Assembly: GCF_052049935.1 (NCBI RefSeq)
Contig: NZ_JBNGZA010000002.1
Coordinates: 19,977 to 83,976 of the forward strand
From: Candidatus Pelagibacter sp.
GTDB lineage: Bacteria; Pseudomonadota; Alphaproteobacteria; Pelagibacterales; Pelagibacteraceae
Direction of reading: 5' to 3'
DNA: 64,000 nucleotides
Below the pieces are notes generated by a model. That model worked only from the letters and a program-made list of their open reading frames with translations. It searched no databases and had not been told where the DNA came from. This document shows, one piece after another, positions 50,183 through 63,170 of this stretch (position 1 is the first letter of the stretch; the number at the start of each line of letters is the position of its first letter). Made by a program: the position numbers and the translations under genes.

Positions 50183-52261
50183 TTAACCAGCTACCTTTTT
50201 AGTTACCTCATCTTGAACATTCTGAGGAACTTTTGAATAATGATCGAAGAACATAGAATATTGTGCTCTTCCTTGAGACATGGATCTTAAATTATTAATA
50301 TAACCAAACATATTAGCTAAAGGAACCATAGCTGTTATGACAGTTGCATTTCCTCTTTGCTCTTGAGTGCTAATTTGGCCTCTTCTACTATTCAAATCAC
50401 CTATTACATCACCCATATAATCTTCAGGGGTAACAACCTCAACTCTCATTATTGGTTCCAACAGTTTTAATCCACCTTGAGTACAAGCCTCCTTGAAACA
50501 TGATCTGCTAGCTAATTCAAAAGCTAAAACGCTTGAATCAACATCATGATGTAGTCCGTCAACAATAGTTACTTTGTAATCAATCATTGGAAACCCAGCT
50601 AATATCCCTGAGTCAGAAACTGTTTCTATACCTTTTTCTACACCAGGAATAAATTCTTTTGGAATTGCTCCACCTTTAATTGCACTTTCTACTAATCTTC
50701 CATTGCCTGGTTCTTGAGGTTCAACTAAAAGCTTAACTTTTGCAAACTGACCTGCGCCACCACTTTGTTTTTTATGAATGTATTCAAATTCTGCTGAACT
50801 CTCAATTGTTTCTCTATAAGCAACTTGCGGAGCACCAACATTCGCTTCAACTTTAAATTCTCTTTTCATTCTATCAACTATGATATCTAAGTGAAGTTCG
50901 CCCATACCTTTAATAATTGTTTGTCCAGACTCCTCGTCTGATGAAACTCTAAAAGATGGGTCTTCTTTAGCTAATCTCGCTAAAGCTTCGCCCATTTTTT
51001 CTTGATCTCCTTTAGTCTTTGGCTCAACAGCAATTTCAATAACTGGTTCAGGAAACTCCATTGGTTCAAGTAAAACTTGGTTGTCCTTGTTACATAAAGT
51101 ATGTCCTGTCATTGTGTTTTTAAGACCTGCAAGTGAAACTATATCACCAGCATTTGCTTCCTTTATATCTTCTCTAGAATTTGCGTGCATTAAAAGCATT
51201 CTTCCAACTCTTTCTTCCTTTTCAGAAGATGAATTATAAACTGCTGTTCCTGATTTAATTGTACCAGAGTAAATTCTGATAAATGTTAATGATCCAACAA
51301 AAGGATCGTTTGCAACTTTAAATGCTAAAGCAGAAAATGGCGCATTATCATCAAACTTCATTTCAACTTCATCGTCTGAACCTACTTTAGTTCCTTTTAT
51401 TGATCCAATATCAACTGGACTTGGAAGATAATTTATTACAGCATCCAATAAAGGCTGAACTCCTTTATTTTTAAAAGCAGATCCAGTTAATACAGGTACA
51501 AAACTAAAGTTCAAAGTACCTTTTCTAATACATTTAACTAAATCTTCTTCTTTAATTTCATCACCATTTAAATAGCTTTCCATTAATTTTTCATCTTGTT
51601 CCACAGCCATTTCAACTAATTCAGTTCTGTATTTATTTGCAATTTCTTTCAAATCATCTGGAATTTCTTTATATTCCCATTCTGCACCTAGGGCTTCATT
51701 TTTCCAAACCTGCGCCTTCATTTTAACTAAATCAACAATACCTGTTAAAGAAGCTTCAATACCAATTGGTACTTGTAGAACTAATGGTTTAGCTCCTAGT
51801 CTATCTTTTATCATGTCAACACATCTAAAAAAATCTGCACCGGTTCTATCTAATTTATTTACAAAACATATTCTTGGAACTTTATATTTGTCTGCTTGTC
51901 TCCAAACAGTCTCTGATTGCGGCTCAACACCAGCAACACCATCGAAAACAGCTACAGCGCCATCTAGAACTTTTAATGATCTTTCAACTTCAATTGTAAA
52001 ATCAACGTGGCCTGGAGTATCAATGATATTAATTCTGTGATCTTGCCAAAAACAAGTAGTGGCTGCTGAGGTAATTGTAATTCCTCTTTCTTGCTCTTGT
52101 TCCATCCAGTCCATTGTTGCAGCACCGTCATGAACTTCACCAATCTTGTGACTTTTTCCTGTGTAATATAAAATTCTTTCTGTAGTAGTTGTCTTACCAG
52201 CATCAATGTGTGCCATGATACCAATATTTCTATATTTATCTAATATATGCGTTCTAGCCAT
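50183..52261 (-). CDS. fusA: Elongation factor G
   Basis: [38 protein letters not shown]. Confidence 0.98.
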   Translation of the reverse strand: MARTHILDKYRNIGIMAHIDAGKTTTTERILYYTGKSHKIGEVHDGAATMDWMEQEQERGITITSAATTCFWQDHRINIIDTPGHVDFTIEVERSLKVLDGAVAVFDGVAGVEPQSETVWRQADKYKVPRICFVNKLDRTGADFFRCVDMIKDRLGAKPLVLQVPIGIEASLTGIVDLVKMKAQVWKNEALGAEWEYKEIPDDLKEIANKYRTELVEMAVEQDEKLMESYLNGDEIKEEDLVKCIRKGTLNFSFVPVLTGSAFKNKGVQPLLDAVINYLPSPVDIGSIKGTKVGSDDEVEMKFDDNAPFSALAFKVANDPFVGSLTFIRIYSGTIKSGTAVYNSSSEKEERVGRMLLMHANSREDIKEANAGDIVSLAGLKNTMTGHTLCNKDNQVLLEPMEFPEPVIEIAVEPKTKGDQEKMGEALARLAKEDPSFRVSSDEESGQTIIKGMGELHLDIIVDRMKREFKVEANVGAPQVAYRETIESSAEFEYIHKKQSGGAGQFAKVKLLVEPQEPGNGRLVESAIKGGAIPKEFIPGVEKGIETVSDSGILAGFPMIDYKVTIVDGLHHDVDSSVLAFELASRSCFKEACTQGGLKLLEPIMRVEVVTPEDYMGDVIGDLNSRRGQISTQEQRGNATVITAMVPLANMFGYINNLRSMSQGRAQYSMFFDHYSKVPQNVQDEVTKKVAG

Positions 52262-52265
52262 TTAA

Positions 52266-52736
52266 TTACCATCTAAAATGAGCAAAAGCCTTATTTGACT
52301 CTGCCATCTTATGAACATCCTCTCTTTTTTTAACTGCTGCACCTTTTTTTTCGTATGCATCAAATAACTCATTAAAAATTTTATCAGACATATGTTTGTC
52401 TTTTCTTTTTCTCGCAGAATCTACTAACCATCTTATAGCCAAAGCTTGTGCTCTTTTACTTTTTACTTCTACTGGTACTTGGTAAGTTGCACCTCCTACT
52501 CTTCTAGATCTTACTTCTACAGTTGGTTTTATATTATTAATAGCTTCATTAAAAACGTTGATGGGTTCATCTTTTGATTTAGTCTTAATTTTATCAATTG
52601 CGTCGTAAACAATTTTTTCTGCAACACCTCTTTTGCCATCATACATAATATTATTGATTAATTTTGGAATTACAGTTGAATTAAATTTAGGGTCTGGAAC
52701 AATATTTTTTTTAGGTTGTGTTTTTTTTCTAGACAT
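52266..52736 (-). CDS. rpsG: 30S ribosomal protein S7
   Basis: RRVGGATYQVP, MAESNKAFAHFRW. Confidence 0.98.
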   Translation of the reverse strand: MSRKKTQPKKNIVPDPKFNSTVIPKLINNIMYDGKRGVAEKIVYDAIDKIKTKSKDEPINVFNEAINNIKPTVEVRSRRVGGATYQVPVEVKSKRAQALAIRWLVDSARKRKDKHMSDKIFNELFDAYEKKGAAVKKREDVHKMAESNKAFAHFRW

Positions 52737-52738
52737 TT

Positions 52739-53110
52739 CTATTTACCTTTTTTTGTTCCGTACAATGATCTTCTTTGTTTTCTATTTGCAACACCTTGTG
52801 TATCCAGATTACCTCTTAAAATATGATATCTAACTCCTGGTAAATCTTTAACTCTACCACCTCTAATTAAAACAACTGAGTGCTCTTGAAGATTATGACC
52901 TTCTCCAGGAATATAAGCTGTTACTTCAAAACCATTTGAAAGTCTTACTCTGGCAACTTTTCTTAAAGCAGAGTTCGGTTTTTTTGGAGTTGTTGTGTAA
53001 ACTTTTACGCAAACACCCCTCTTCAAAGGTTGTTTTTGTAATGCAGGAACTTTGTTCCTGTTTATTTGTTTAATTCTTTTTTTTCTTAACAACTGGTTTA
53101 TTGTTGGCAT
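52739..53110 (-). CDS. rpsL: 30S ribosomal protein S12
   Basis: [24 protein letters not shown]. Confidence 0.98.
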   Translation of the reverse strand: MPTINQLLRKKRIKQINRNKVPALQKQPLKRGVCVKVYTTTPKKPNSALRKVARVRLSNGFEVTAYIPGEGHNLQEHSVVLIRGGRVKDLPGVRYHILRGNLDTQGVANRKQRRSLYGTKKGK

Positions 53111-53138
53111 AATTTTATATATAAATTTATTTTTGATG

Positions 53139-53211
53139 AAATAACTGACAGGTTATTTGTGGCAGCGTTTAGTGCCTAACTTAGCACTACATTCCAACCA
53201 AAAACATCGCC
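53139..53211 (-). ncRNA. Structured rpsL leader (cis-regulatory RNA candidate)
   Basis: Minus strand GGCGATGTTT/AAACGCTGCC outer stem enclosing TAGTGC/GCACTA hairpin, then AAATAAC/GTTATTT hairpin; GC-rich island in an AT-rich spacer. Confidence 0.65.
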
Positions 53212-53239
53212 AAAATACTTATTAATTGCATTTTGTCAA
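53212..53239 (-). promoter_or_regulatory. Candidate str-operon promoter TTGACA-16-TATTTT
   Basis: Perfect -35 at 53239-53234; -10 uncertain. Confidence 0.5.
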
Positions 53240-53268
53240 ACTAAAACTAGTTAAATACTCTGTTTTTT

Positions 53269-56200
53269 TTATTGATTTGCTTGTGTTTCTGAAGCTTCAG
53301 ATGGTTCTAATTTTTCTTGCTCAGATAAAAACTTATTATCGTCATTCAGAGCCTTATTATTCCATCTATTTTTGATATTACCGGTCCCAGCGGGCACTAA
53401 TCTTCCAACAATTACGTTTTCTTTTAATCCATTGAGTGGATCAATTTTGCCTTTAATAGCTGCATCAGTTAAAACTCTAGTTGTTTCTTGGAATGAAGCG
53501 GCTGATATAAATGACTCAGTTTGTAATGAAGCTTTAGTAATTCCCATTAAAACTCTTTCGCCAATAGCTGGTGTTTTGCCTTCAGCTACTAATTTTTCAT
53601 TTGCGTTGTCAAACTTAATTCTATCTACAACTTCACCTGGCAGGTAAGATGAGTCTCCAGAAGATTTTACCTCAACTTTTTTTAACATTTGTCTTAAAAT
53701 TGTTTCAATGTGTTTGTCGTTAATTACAACACCTTGTAATCTATAAACTTCTTGAACTTGGTTTACAAAATATTCAGTTAAATCTTTTATTCCTTTAATT
53801 CTTAAAATATCATGTGGTAATGGTACACCATCTAATAAGTGTTCACCTTTTTGAATTTTTTCACCTTGGTTAAAATTAATATGTTTGCCTTTAGGAATTA
53901 AATAATTTGATGGTTCAGAACCATCTTCAGGAACAATAGAAACTCTTTGTTTACCTCTTACTTCTTTACCAAAAACAACTTGTCCGTCATTTTCTGCTAT
54001 AATAGCACTATCTTTTGCTTTTCTAGCTTCAAATAACTCTGCTACTCTAGGCAAACCTCCTGTAATGTCTTTTGTTTTTGTTGTCTCTTTTGGTAACCTT
54101 GCAATTACATCACCTGCAGAAACTTTTTGACCATCTTTCACAGATAAAATTGAGTCTGGTACTAAATAATATCTAGCTTCATTATCGTCAGCTTTTTTAA
54201 TTATATTTCCTTTTTCATCTCTTAAAGTAATTCTAGGTTTAAGATCTGTACTTTTTGATTGTGATCTCCAATCAATTACAGATTTAGATGAAATTCCAGT
54301 TGCATCATCAGTTGTTTCTTGAATAGAAACACCATCAATTAAATCAACAAATGTGGCATTACCACTTTTCTCAGCAATTACCGGAGTTGTATACGGGTCC
54401 CATTCACAAATTTTTGTATTCGCTTTTATTTTGTCACCATTTTTGAAGAATAATTTCGAACCATACGCAACTTTATAAACTGCAATTTGAACACCATTAT
54501 CATCTTCGATAGAAAGCTGTGTATTTCTTCCCATAACAATTAAATTCTTTTTAGAATCTTCTAAAATATTTGAATTAATTATTTTTAAAGTTCCTTCATT
54601 TTTAGAAATTATTTGGGAGTCTTGTTTTACTGATGCAGTTCCACCGACGTGGAAAGTTCTCATAGTTAACTGAGTTCCAGGTTCACCAATTGATTGAGCT
54701 GAAATCATACCAATAGCTTCTCCAACATGAACAATTTTACCTCTAGATAGATCTCTACCATAACATGTTGCGCAAACTCCCTCTTTAGAGCTACATGTCA
54801 TTACAGAATAAACTTTTATTGCTTTTATACCAGCCGCATCTATTTGATCACAAGCTGCTTCATCAATCATAGAAGATTTCTTGAATAGTATATCTCCTGT
54901 TAACGGATGCTTTACATCTTGAGCAGTTACTCTTCCAAGGGCTCTTTCAGATAAGCTCACAACAACATTGCCACCCTCTAATATCTCAGAAATCTCTATA
55001 AAACCTGGATTGTCACATTTAACTTTTGTAATTGTTAGGTCTTGAGCAACATCACAAAGTCTTCTAGTTAAATAACCAGAACTAGCTGTTTTTAAAGCTG
55101 TATCAGCTAATCCTTTTCTAGCACCGTGAGTAGAGTTAAAATATTCTAATGCTGTTAAACCTTCTTTAAAATTAGAGGTAATTGGACTTTCTATAATTTC
55201 ACCTGATGGTTTGGCAATTAATCCTCTCATTCCGGCTAATTGTTTCATTTGTGCCGCTGAACCTCTTGCGCCACTATCAGCCATCATAAATACTGAATTT
55301 ATTTTTAATCCTTCATCAGTTTTTTCTGTTGCTGAAATACCCTTCATCATTTCTGCTGCAACACTGTCAGTACATTTAGACCATGCATCAACAACTTTAT
55401 TATATTTTTCACCTCTAGTAATTAATCCTTCAGAATACTGTGTTTCATATTCTGCAATTAATTTTTTAGTATCATCAATTAATTTTGTTTTACTTTCTGG
55501 TATTACTAAATCGTCCTTACCAAAGGATATTCCAGCCTTAAATGCATGCTTAAAGCCTAAATCTTTTAACTTATCGCAGAAGATAACTGTTGTTTTTTGC
55601 CCACAAAATCTAAATACAACATCGATAATTTCTGAAACAACTTTTTTTGGTAATAGCCTATCAACCAATGAAAATTTAATGTTGTGATTTTTTGGTAATA
55701 AATTTGCTAACAAAAATCTACCCGCTGTTGATGTATATTTCTCGTATTTCTTATTCCCTTTTTCGTCAACAGTTTCAAATCTTGATATGATTGTACTATG
55801 AACTTTGATTTGACCAGATGATAAAGCAAATTCTATCTGATCTGAGTCAGTAAAGTATCCAGTCGGTTTTTCAGTGATAGGTTCTTGAGACAAATAGTAA
55901 ATTCCTAAAATCATATCCTGACTTGGTACAATAATTGGTTTTCCATTTGAGGGTGATAAAATGTTATTTGTTGATAACATTAGAATTCTAGCTTCAAGTT
56001 GAGCCTCTAAACTTAAAGGCACATGAACTGCCATTTGGTCACCATCAAAATCAGCATTGAATGCTGCACATGTTAAAGGATGTAATTCTATAGCATCACC
56101 TTCTATTAATTTTGGTTCAAAAGCTTGAACGCCGAGTCTATGAAGTGTTGGTGCTCTATTTAATAATACAGGATGTTCTCTTACAATTAATTCTAAAGCA

Positions 56201-57441
56201 TCCCAAACTGCATTGGTTTCTTTTTCTACAATTTTTTTTGCTTGTTTAATAGTTGAAGCTAAACCTAATTTATTTAATCTTGCGTATAAAAAAGGTTTAA
56301 ATAGTTCTAAAGCCATTTTTTTTGGTAAACCGCATTCATGTAGTTTTAAATCTGGCCCAACAACGATTACAGATCTGCCTGAATAATCAACTCTTTTACC
56401 TAATAAGTTCTGTCTAAATCTTCCTTGTTTACCTTTAAGCATTTCAGCAAGAGATTTGAGTGGTCTTTTGCCAGTTCCAGTGATAACTCTACCTCTTCTT
56501 CCATTATCAAATAATGCATCAACAGATTCTTGAAGCATTCTCTTTTCATTTCTAACAATGATATCTGGTGCTTTAAGATCCATTAATCTTTTTAATCGAT
56601 TATTTCTATTGATAACTCTTCTATAAAGATCATTAAGATCAGATGTTGCAAATCTTCCACCATCTAATGGAACTAATGGTCTTAACTCAGGCGGAATAAC
56701 TGGAACTACAGTCATAATCATCCATTCAGGTTTTTGACCTGTTTCAATAAATGACTCAATTAACTTTAATCTTTTGATTGCTCTTTCTTCGTTAACTTTT
56801 GATTTTGTTTCCTTGATATAGCTAACTAAATTTTTCCTCTCTAATTCTAAATCTAAATTTTTGAGCATCTCTAAAACTGCCTCTGCACCAATACCAGCAG
56901 TAAATGCTTCCTCACCAAATTCATCTTGGTACTTAGCTAATTCTTCCTCATTTAGTAATTGATTTTTCTGTAAACCTGTTAAACCTGGTTCAATAACAAT
57001 AAAATTTTCAAAATATAAAACTCTTTCTATTTCTTTAAGTTTCATATCAACAGCTAATGCAATTCTGCTAGGTAAAGATTTTAAAAACCAAATATGTGCC
57101 ACAGGAGTTGCTAAATTGATGTGACCCATTCTCTCTCTTCTTACATTAGATTTAGTTACTTCAACTCCACATTTTTCACATATAATTCCTCTAAATTTCA
57201 TCCTTTTATATTTCCCACACAAACACTCATAATCTCTGATAGGGCCAAAAATACGTGCACAAAATAAACCATCTTTTTCTGGTCTAAAAGTTCTGTAATT
57301 TATTGTTTCAGGTTTTTTAATTTCTCCGTATGTCCAAGATTTTATTTTCTCTGGACTAGCTAATGAAATTTTTATGCTATTAAAGTTTTGGGCTTCTGAA
57401 ATTTCTGAATTTTTAAATAAATCTGTTAATTCATTTTTCAT
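53269..57441 (-). CDS. rpoC: RNA polymerase beta' subunit
   Basis: [18 protein letters not shown] Zn finger, NADFDGD catalytic motif, [13 protein letters not shown]. Confidence 0.99.
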   Translation of the reverse strand: MKNELTDLFKNSEISEAQNFNSIKISLASPEKIKSWTYGEIKKPETINYRTFRPEKDGLFCARIFGPIRDYECLCGKYKRMKFRGIICEKCGVEVTKSNVRRERMGHINLATPVAHIWFLKSLPSRIALAVDMKLKEIERVLYFENFIVIEPGLTGLQKNQLLNEEELAKYQDEFGEEAFTAGIGAEAVLEMLKNLDLELERKNLVSYIKETKSKVNEERAIKRLKLIESFIETGQKPEWMIMTVVPVIPPELRPLVPLDGGRFATSDLNDLYRRVINRNNRLKRLMDLKAPDIIVRNEKRMLQESVDALFDNGRRGRVITGTGKRPLKSLAEMLKGKQGRFRQNLLGKRVDYSGRSVIVVGPDLKLHECGLPKKMALELFKPFLYARLNKLGLASTIKQAKKIVEKETNAVWDALELIVREHPVLLNRAPTLHRLGVQAFEPKLIEGDAIELHPLTCAAFNADFDGDQMAVHVPLSLEAQLEARILMLSTNNILSPSNGKPIIVPSQDMILGIYYLSQEPITEKPTGYFTDSDQIEFALSSGQIKVHSTIISRFETVDEKGNKKYEKYTSTAGRFLLANLLPKNHNIKFSLVDRLLPKKVVSEIIDVVFRFCGQKTTVIFCDKLKDLGFKHAFKAGISFGKDDLVIPESKTKLIDDTKKLIAEYETQYSEGLITRGEKYNKVVDAWSKCTDSVAAEMMKGISATEKTDEGLKINSVFMMADSGARGSAAQMKQLAGMRGLIAKPSGEIIESPITSNFKEGLTALEYFNSTHGARKGLADTALKTASSGYLTRRLCDVAQDLTITKVKCDNPGFIEISEILEGGNVVVSLSERALGRVTAQDVKHPLTGDILFKKSSMIDEAACDQIDAAGIKAIKVYSVMTCSSKEGVCATCYGRDLSRGKIVHVGEAIGMISAQSIGEPGTQLTMRTFHVGGTASVKQDSQIISKNEGTLKIINSNILEDSKKNLIVMGRNTQLSIEDDNGVQIAVYKVAYGSKLFFKNGDKIKANTKICEWDPYTTPVIAEKSGNATFVDLIDGVSIQETTDDATGISSKSVIDWRSQSKSTDLKPRITLRDEKGNIIKKADDNEARYYLVPDSILSVKDGQKVSAGDVIARLPKETTKTKDITGGLPRVAELFEARKAKDSAIIAENDGQVVFGKEVRGKQRVSIVPEDGSEPSNYLIPKGKHINFNQGEKIQKGEHLLDGVPLPHDILRIKGIKDLTEYFVNQVQEVYRLQGVVINDKHIETILRQMLKKVEVKSSGDSSYLPGEVVDRIKFDNANEKLVAEGKTPAIGERVLMGITKASLQTESFISAASFQETTRVLTDAAIKGKIDPLNGLKENVIVGRLVPAGTGNIKNRWNNKALNDDNKFLSEQEKLEPSEASETQANQ

Positions 57442-60400
57442 CTAATTTAACTCCACATTTAATGCTAAAGATTTAATTTCTTTTACTAATACGTTGAATG
57501 ATTCTGGAATACCCGATTCAAAATTTTCTTCACCTTTAACAATCGTTTCGTAAACTTTCACCCTTCCTGCTACGTCATCAGATTTAACAGTTAGTATTTC
57601 TTGTAAAGTATATGAGGCTCCATAAGCTTCTAAAGCCCAAACCTCCATTTCACCAAATCTTTGACCACCTAATTGTGCCTTTCCACCTAGAGGTTGTTGT
57701 GTAACTAAACTATAAGGGCCTGTCGATCTAGCGTGTATCTTATCTTCAACTAAATGATGAAGTTTCAACATATAAATAATTCCAACTGTTACAGGTCTAT
57801 CAAATTTTTCACCAGTTCTTCCATCCCACAAATAAGTTTGACCTGATCCTGGTAATTTAGCAAGTTCTAACATTTCAGTAACGTTTTGTTCTTTTGCTCC
57901 ATCAAAAACTGGTGTTGATATAGCTATTCCATTTTGAAGATTTTCACAAAGATCTTTAAATTCTGTTTTGCTCAATTTTTCAACTTTTTCAGAATATGCT
58001 TCATCACCATATACAGATTTTAAAAATTTAGAAATTTTTTCAGTTTTCTCAATTTTCTTTTGATTTTCATTAATTAATTTTTTAATTTCTTCACCAAATT
58101 CTTTACAAGCCCATCCCAAGTGCGTTTCTAAAATTTGGCCGACATTCATTCTACTAGGGACCCCAAGAGGATTTAATACTATATCAACTGGTCTTCCATC
58201 TTCTCTATATGGCATATCTTCAACAGGAACAATTTTACTAACTACTCCTTTGTTTCCATGTCTTCCAGACATTTTATCTCCCGGTCTCAATCTTCTCTTG
58301 ATAGCAACAAAAACTTTAACCATTTTCATCACGCTAGGTAATAAATCATCACCACTTCTAATCTTTAAAACTTTATCTTCAAATCTTTCTGTAATATCTT
58401 GTTTTGCAGATGTGTATTGATCTTTCAATTGAGCTAAAGTTGCTTCATCCTGAACATTTCCGACACTTATCTTGAATATATCATTAATATTTAATCCGTT
58501 AATTAAATCTGCATTAAGTTCCGTACCTTCGTTTATGTCTTTAACTTTTTTACTTAATTTAGAACCTGATAAAATTTGAGCAGCTCTTTGTTTAATACTT
58601 CTTTCTAAGATTTCTTCCTCAACAATTTTATCTTGTTGTACCTGCTCAATTTCTGCTCTTTCAATTGTTATTGATCTTTCATCTTTTTCAATACCATGTC
58701 TGTTAAATACTCTAACATCAACAACTGTTCCACTGCTTCCTCTAGACATTCTTAAAGAAGTATCAGTTACATCAATTGCTTTTTCACCAAATATAGACCT
58801 TAAAAGTTTTTCTTCTGGGCCAGATGCTGAGTCGCCTTTTGGAGTTACTTTTCCCACTAATATATCACCTGCGTTTACTTCTGCACCTATATAAACTATT
58901 CCAGATTCATCTAGGTTTTTAAGTGCATCTTCATTAACGTTAGGAATATCTCTTGTAATTTCTTCTTCACCAAGTTTTGTATCTCTTGCCATAATTTCAT
59001 ATTCAACAATGTGAACTGAAGTGAAAACATCATCTGTTACGCATCTTTCAGAAATCAAAATAGAGTCTTCAAAGTTGTAACCTTGCCATGGCATGAAAGC
59101 TACTGTTACATTCTTACCAAGAGCTAATTCACCTAATCTAGTTGAAGGTCCATCTGCAATAATATCTCCTGATTTAACTTTATCTCCAACTCTAACTAAA
59201 GGTCTTTGATTAATACATGTATTTTGATTTGATCTTTTAAATTTTTGAAGATTATAAATATCTACTCCAGATTTACTAAAATCAGTTTCCTCTGTTGCTT
59301 TAATTACAATTCTTTTACCATCAATCTTATCTACAATTCCATCTCTTCTAGCAACGATAGTCACACCAGAATCTAAAGCAACATCACTTTCAATACCTGT
59401 TCCAACTAAAGGGGACTCAGGTTTTAATAGAGGAACTGCTTGTCTCATCATGTTTGAACCCATAAGAGCTCTATTAGCATCATCATTTTCTAAAAATGGG
59501 ATTAACGAAGCTGCAACTGAAACTAATTGTTTAGGTGAGACATCGATATAATCAATAGTATCTGGTTTAGCCAATAGAAAATTTAAGTTTTGTCTGCAAG
59601 ACACAAGTTCTTCAATAATTTTTCCATTTTTGTCTAATTTTGTATTTGCTTGAGCGATTGTATATTTAGTTTCCTCCATTGCAGATAAGTATTCCACTTT
59701 ACCTTGCACCACGCCGTCTTTAACTCTTTTGTAAGGGCTTTCTATAAAACCATACTTATTAATTTTGGCGTAAGTAGATAAGCTATTAATTAATCCAATA
59801 TTAGGTCCTTCTGGAGTTTCGATCGGACAGATTCTTCCATAATGAGTTGGGTGAACGTCTCTAACCTCAAAACCAGCTCTTTCTCTTGTAAGACCACCTG
59901 GTCCTAAAGCAGAAACTCTTCTTTTGTGTGTAATTTCTGACAGTGGATTAGTTTGATCCATAAACTGAGATAATTGAGAGCTTGCAAAAAAATCTTTTAA
60001 AGAAACAGTTAATGGTTTAGCATTTATTAAGTCTTGAGGCATTGCAGACTCAACATCAAGAGTAGTCATTTTTTCTTTAATAGCTCTTTCCATTCTGTAA
60101 ACACCAATTCTCGCCTGATTCTCAACTAATTCACCAACTGATCTAACTCTTCTATTGCCTAAGTGATCAATATCATCAACATCATCTTTACCGTCTCTTA
60201 AATCTAACATTTTATGAATTATCGCAATGATATCGTCATTTCTTAAAATAGTTATTTTATCAGAGCAATCTAAGTTTAATCTTGAATTCATTTTTACTCT
60301 CCCAACGTCAGATAAATCATACCTATCTGAACTAAAGAATAGATTGTTAAAAATTTGAGTAGCAATTTCAATTGTAGGTGGCTCACCTGGTCTTAACATT

Positions 60401-61530
60401 TTATAGATTTCGGTAATGGCTTCATCTTTAGTGTTATTTTTATCGTTTAAGATTGTTGTTAATAGATATGGACCTTTATTGATTGCATTTGTTGTAGATA
60501 TGTTGATTGTATGGATATTTGCTTCTAAGATTTTTTCGATAATAGTATCGTTTAACTCAGTACCGATTTTAAAAGTACCCTCTTCTTCATCACTTACTTT
60601 AATATCGGTGTGTAAAAATTTTCCATACAAAGATTCTTTAGAAACAAATATATCTTTTAAGCCTTCATTAGCTAATTTTTTTGCATTCAAAAAATTAATT
60701 TTATCACCAGGTTTAATGATTATCTTTCCAGTTTTTGCGTCAATGACTTCTTCTGAAAAATTTTTAGCTTTATAATTTTCTGGATTAAACTTAGTTTTCC
60801 ATTTAGATGTTTTTACATCATAAACATAATTTTCGCTCTCATAAAACTCATTAGCTATCTCTGATTTTGCATAACCAAGAGCTAATAACAATGTAGAGGC
60901 TAGAATTTTCTTTTTTCTATCTATCTTAAAATATAGGAAATCTTTTACATCAAACTCGAAGTCTAACCAAGAACCTCTATTAGGAATAACTCTACAGTTA
61001 AATAACAATTTACCACTAGCATGAGTTTTTCCTTTATCGTGATCAAAAAATACACCTGGACTTCTGTGCATTTGGTTAACAACAACTCTTTGAACTCCAT
61101 TTGTGATAAATGTTCCGCTATTAGTCATCATTGGAACATCACCCATATAAACTTCTTGTTCTTTTGCAGACAAAATATCTTTAGTGTTATTTTCTTGATC
61201 AATTTCATAAACAACTAGTCTAAGAGTACATTTTAAAGCAGATGAATAAGTTAGGCCTCTAGCTATACATTCCTCAACATCAAATTTTGGTTTCTCTAAT
61301 CTATAAGAAACATACTCTAAAGTTGCTTTGTCGTTTAAATCTTCAATTGGAAAAATACTTTTAAATACTCTATCAAAACCTTTTGTTAAATCACCAGCAT
61401 CTTCATTAAAGTCTGTTAATTCTTTGTAAGAATTTTTTTGAACTTCAATAAGGTTAGGTATTGATAATCCTTCTTTTAATTTTCCAAAACTTTTTCTAAT
61501 GTTTTTCTTTTCAGTAAATGATAATTGCAT
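57442..61530 (-). CDS. rpoB: RNA polymerase beta subunit
   Basis: [49 protein letters not shown]. Confidence 0.99.
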   Translation of the reverse strand: MQLSFTEKKNIRKSFGKLKEGLSIPNLIEVQKNSYKELTDFNEDAGDLTKGFDRVFKSIFPIEDLNDKATLEYVSYRLEKPKFDVEECIARGLTYSSALKCTLRLVVYEIDQENNTKDILSAKEQEVYMGDVPMMTNSGTFITNGVQRVVVNQMHRSPGVFFDHDKGKTHASGKLLFNCRVIPNRGSWLDFEFDVKDFLYFKIDRKKKILASTLLLALGYAKSEIANEFYESENYVYDVKTSKWKTKFNPENYKAKNFSEEVIDAKTGKIIIKPGDKINFLNAKKLANEGLKDIFVSKESLYGKFLHTDIKVSDEEEGTFKIGTELNDTIIEKILEANIHTINISTTNAINKGPYLLTTILNDKNNTKDEAITEIYKMLRPGEPPTIEIATQIFNNLFFSSDRYDLSDVGRVKMNSRLNLDCSDKITILRNDDIIAIIHKMLDLRDGKDDVDDIDHLGNRRVRSVGELVENQARIGVYRMERAIKEKMTTLDVESAMPQDLINAKPLTVSLKDFFASSQLSQFMDQTNPLSEITHKRRVSALGPGGLTRERAGFEVRDVHPTHYGRICPIETPEGPNIGLINSLSTYAKINKYGFIESPYKRVKDGVVQGKVEYLSAMEETKYTIAQANTKLDKNGKIIEELVSCRQNLNFLLAKPDTIDYIDVSPKQLVSVAASLIPFLENDDANRALMGSNMMRQAVPLLKPESPLVGTGIESDVALDSGVTIVARRDGIVDKIDGKRIVIKATEETDFSKSGVDIYNLQKFKRSNQNTCINQRPLVRVGDKVKSGDIIADGPSTRLGELALGKNVTVAFMPWQGYNFEDSILISERCVTDDVFTSVHIVEYEIMARDTKLGEEEITRDIPNVNEDALKNLDESGIVYIGAEVNAGDILVGKVTPKGDSASGPEEKLLRSIFGEKAIDVTDTSLRMSRGSSGTVVDVRVFNRHGIEKDERSITIERAEIEQVQQDKIVEEEILERSIKQRAAQILSGSKLSKKVKDINEGTELNADLINGLNINDIFKISVGNVQDEATLAQLKDQYTSAKQDITERFEDKVLKIRSGDDLLPSVMKMVKVFVAIKRRLRPGDKMSGRHGNKGVVSKIVPVEDMPYREDGRPVDIVLNPLGVPSRMNVGQILETHLGWACKEFGEEIKKLINENQKKIEKTEKISKFLKSVYGDEAYSEKVEKLSKTEFKDLCENLQNGIAISTPVFDGAKEQNVTEMLELAKLPGSGQTYLWDGRTGEKFDRPVTVGIIYMLKLHHLVEDKIHARSTGPYSLVTQQPLGGKAQLGGQRFGEMEVWALEAYGASYTLQEILTVKSDDVAGRVKVYETIVKGEENFESGIPESFNVLVKEIKSLALNVELN

Positions 61531-61541
61531 TTATATCCTAT

Positions 61542-61567
61542 GATGCTGATTATAAATAAACAGCACC
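61542..61567 (-). promoter_or_regulatory. Hairpin in the rplL-rpoB spacer (GGTGCTG-N12-CAGCATC)
   Basis: 7-bp stem with one G-U pair, no U-tract; ends just before the rpoB AGGA Shine-Dalgarno. Confidence 0.35.
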
Positions 61568-61586
61568 TAAATAATTCCTTGTTAAT

Positions 61587-61952
61587 TTACTTAAGTTCTA
61601 CTTTAGCGCCTGCTGCTTCTAACTTAGCTTTAATTTCTTCAGCTTCTTTTTTTGGAACGCCCGATTTTACTTCTTTTGGTGCGCCTTCAACCAAGTCTTT
61701 AGCTTCTTTTAATCCTAAAGAAGTTGCTGCTCTTACTTCTTTAATAACATTAATTTTTTTATCACCTGCTGAAACTAACATGATAGTAAAGTCATCTTTA
61801 TCTTCAGCTGGAGCTGCTCCACCGGCTGCGGCTGGTGCAGCTGCTGCCATAGGTGTTACGCCCCATTTTTCTTCAAGTTGTTTTGATAACTCAGCTGCTT
61901 CAGCAACAGTCAAGTTTGATAAATCTTCAATAATTTTGTTAAGGTCTGGCAT
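61587..61952 (-). CDS. rplL: 50S ribosomal protein L7/L12
   Basis: LEEKWGV, Ala-rich hinge, [23 protein letters not shown]. Confidence 0.98.
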   Translation of the reverse strand: MPDLNKIIEDLSNLTVAEAAELSKQLEEKWGVTPMAAAAPAAAGGAAPAEDKDDFTIMLVSAGDKKINVIKEVRAATSLGLKEAKDLVEGAPKEVKSGVPKKEAEEIKAKLEAAGAKVELK

Positions 61953-61966
61953 AGTTCACTCTTTGG

Positions 61967-62476
61967 TTATTTTTCAGAATTTTCTGCCGACAAACTACTC
62001 ATTTTTTCTGATCTTGCAAGCAAAATACTTACTAATTTTGATGCCGGAGCATTTAAAATACCTACAATATTTGCTCTTGCTTCATCTAAAGTAGGTAAAG
62101 TAGCTACATTTTGAACGCCTGCTTGGTCCAAAACCTCATTTTCCATTATGCCACCAATTAACTTTAGATTCTCATTATCTTTTGCGAATTTTGACAAAAT
62201 TCTCGCTGAAATTATAGCGTCCTCACCAAATGCAACCGCTGTTGGGCCAGTAAATAAATCAGCTATATCTTTACATCTTGTTTTTTCAAGCGCTAATTTT
62301 GTAATTCTATTTTTTGTAATTTTAAAAATTATTCCATGTTCTCTCATTTTTGATCTTAGCTCATCTATTTGAGGCATTGTTAATCCTTGATAATGAGTAA
62401 CCAATACAGCTTTACTGTTTTCAAACTGTTTGGACATTTCATCAATATAAACTTTCTTTTGTTCTTTGGTCATCAT
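61967..62476 (-). CDS. rplJ: 50S ribosomal protein L10
   Basis: YQGLT, KNRITKLAL, FTGPTAVAF, LPTLDEAR. Confidence 0.97.
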   Translation of the reverse strand: MMTKEQKKVYIDEMSKQFENSKAVLVTHYQGLTMPQIDELRSKMREHGIIFKITKNRITKLALEKTRCKDIADLFTGPTAVAFGEDAIISARILSKFAKDNENLKLIGGIMENEVLDQAGVQNVATLPTLDEARANIVGILNAPASKLVSILLARSEKMSSLSAENSEK

Positions 62477-62480
62477 AATC

Positions 62481-63170
62481 TTAAATTACCTTGTTTAATT
62501 TTAATTTATAAGAAACACCCATTGAAGATGTTATAAATGCTGATTTTATTAAATCACCTTTTAAAGTGTTATTAGATTTTTCTTTTTCTAAAGCATCTAA
62601 GATAGCATTATAATTTTTGATCAATTTGTCATCTTCAAATGATTTTTTTCCAATGCTAACGCCTATGTTACCATCTTTGTCATTTCTTATTTCAGCTTGA
62701 CCAGATTTTGCATCTTTAATTGCATTTTTTAAATCTTCAGTTACTGAACCTAACTTAGGATTAGGCATTAAACCTTTTGGTCCTAAAACTTTTCCAAGTT
62801 TAGATAATTTTATCATCATTGCTGGAGTGCAAATTAATTTTTCAAAATTAATTTCACCAGCCTTAATCTTATCTATAAATTCATCACCGCCAACTATATC
62901 AGCACCAGCATCTTTTGCATCTTTAGATTTCACATCTTCACAAACGACTGCAACCTTTACATCTTTACCTGTTCCGCCTGGTAAATTTACAATTGTTCTA
63001 ATATTTACTTCACTTTTTTTCTGTTTATTGTTTATTTGAAAACTTAGATCAACTGATTCATCAAACTTTGTAGTACAATTCTTTTTAACTTCTGGTAAAA
63101 GTTTTTCAATTAAATCTGCGCTTAACTCAGAATTATTGTTTGGTAATTTTTTATATCTTTTAGATGGCAT
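62481..63170 (-). CDS. rplA: 50S ribosomal protein L1
   Basis: KFDESVD, LPGGTGK, LGKVLGPKGLMPNPKLG. Confidence 0.98.
   Translation of the reverse strand: MPSKRYKKLPNNNSELSADLIEKLLPEVKKNCTTKFDESVDLSFQINNKQKKSEVNIRTIVNLPGGTGKDVKVAVVCEDVKSKDAKDAGADIVGGDEFIDKIKAGEINFEKLICTPAMMIKLSKLGKVLGPKGLMPNPKLGSVTEDLKNAIKDAKSGQAEIRNDKDGNIGVSIGKKSFEDDKLIKNYNAILDALEKEKSNNTLKGDLIKSAFITSSMGVSYKLKLNKVI

Noticed and set aside
55211-55687. 158-aa ORF and other short plus-strand ORFs within rpoB/rpoC and r-protein genes
   Set aside because: Antisense shadows of highly conserved genes
59880-59990. Rifampicin- or streptomycin-resistance alleles in rpoB and rpsL
   Set aside because: RRDR (Q, D, H, R, S positions) and the S12 Lys residues match the wild-type consensus
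61525-62094. 189-aa plus-strand ORF spanning rplL
   Set aside because: Antisense to rplL/rplJ; the Ala-rich stretch mirrors the L12 hinge
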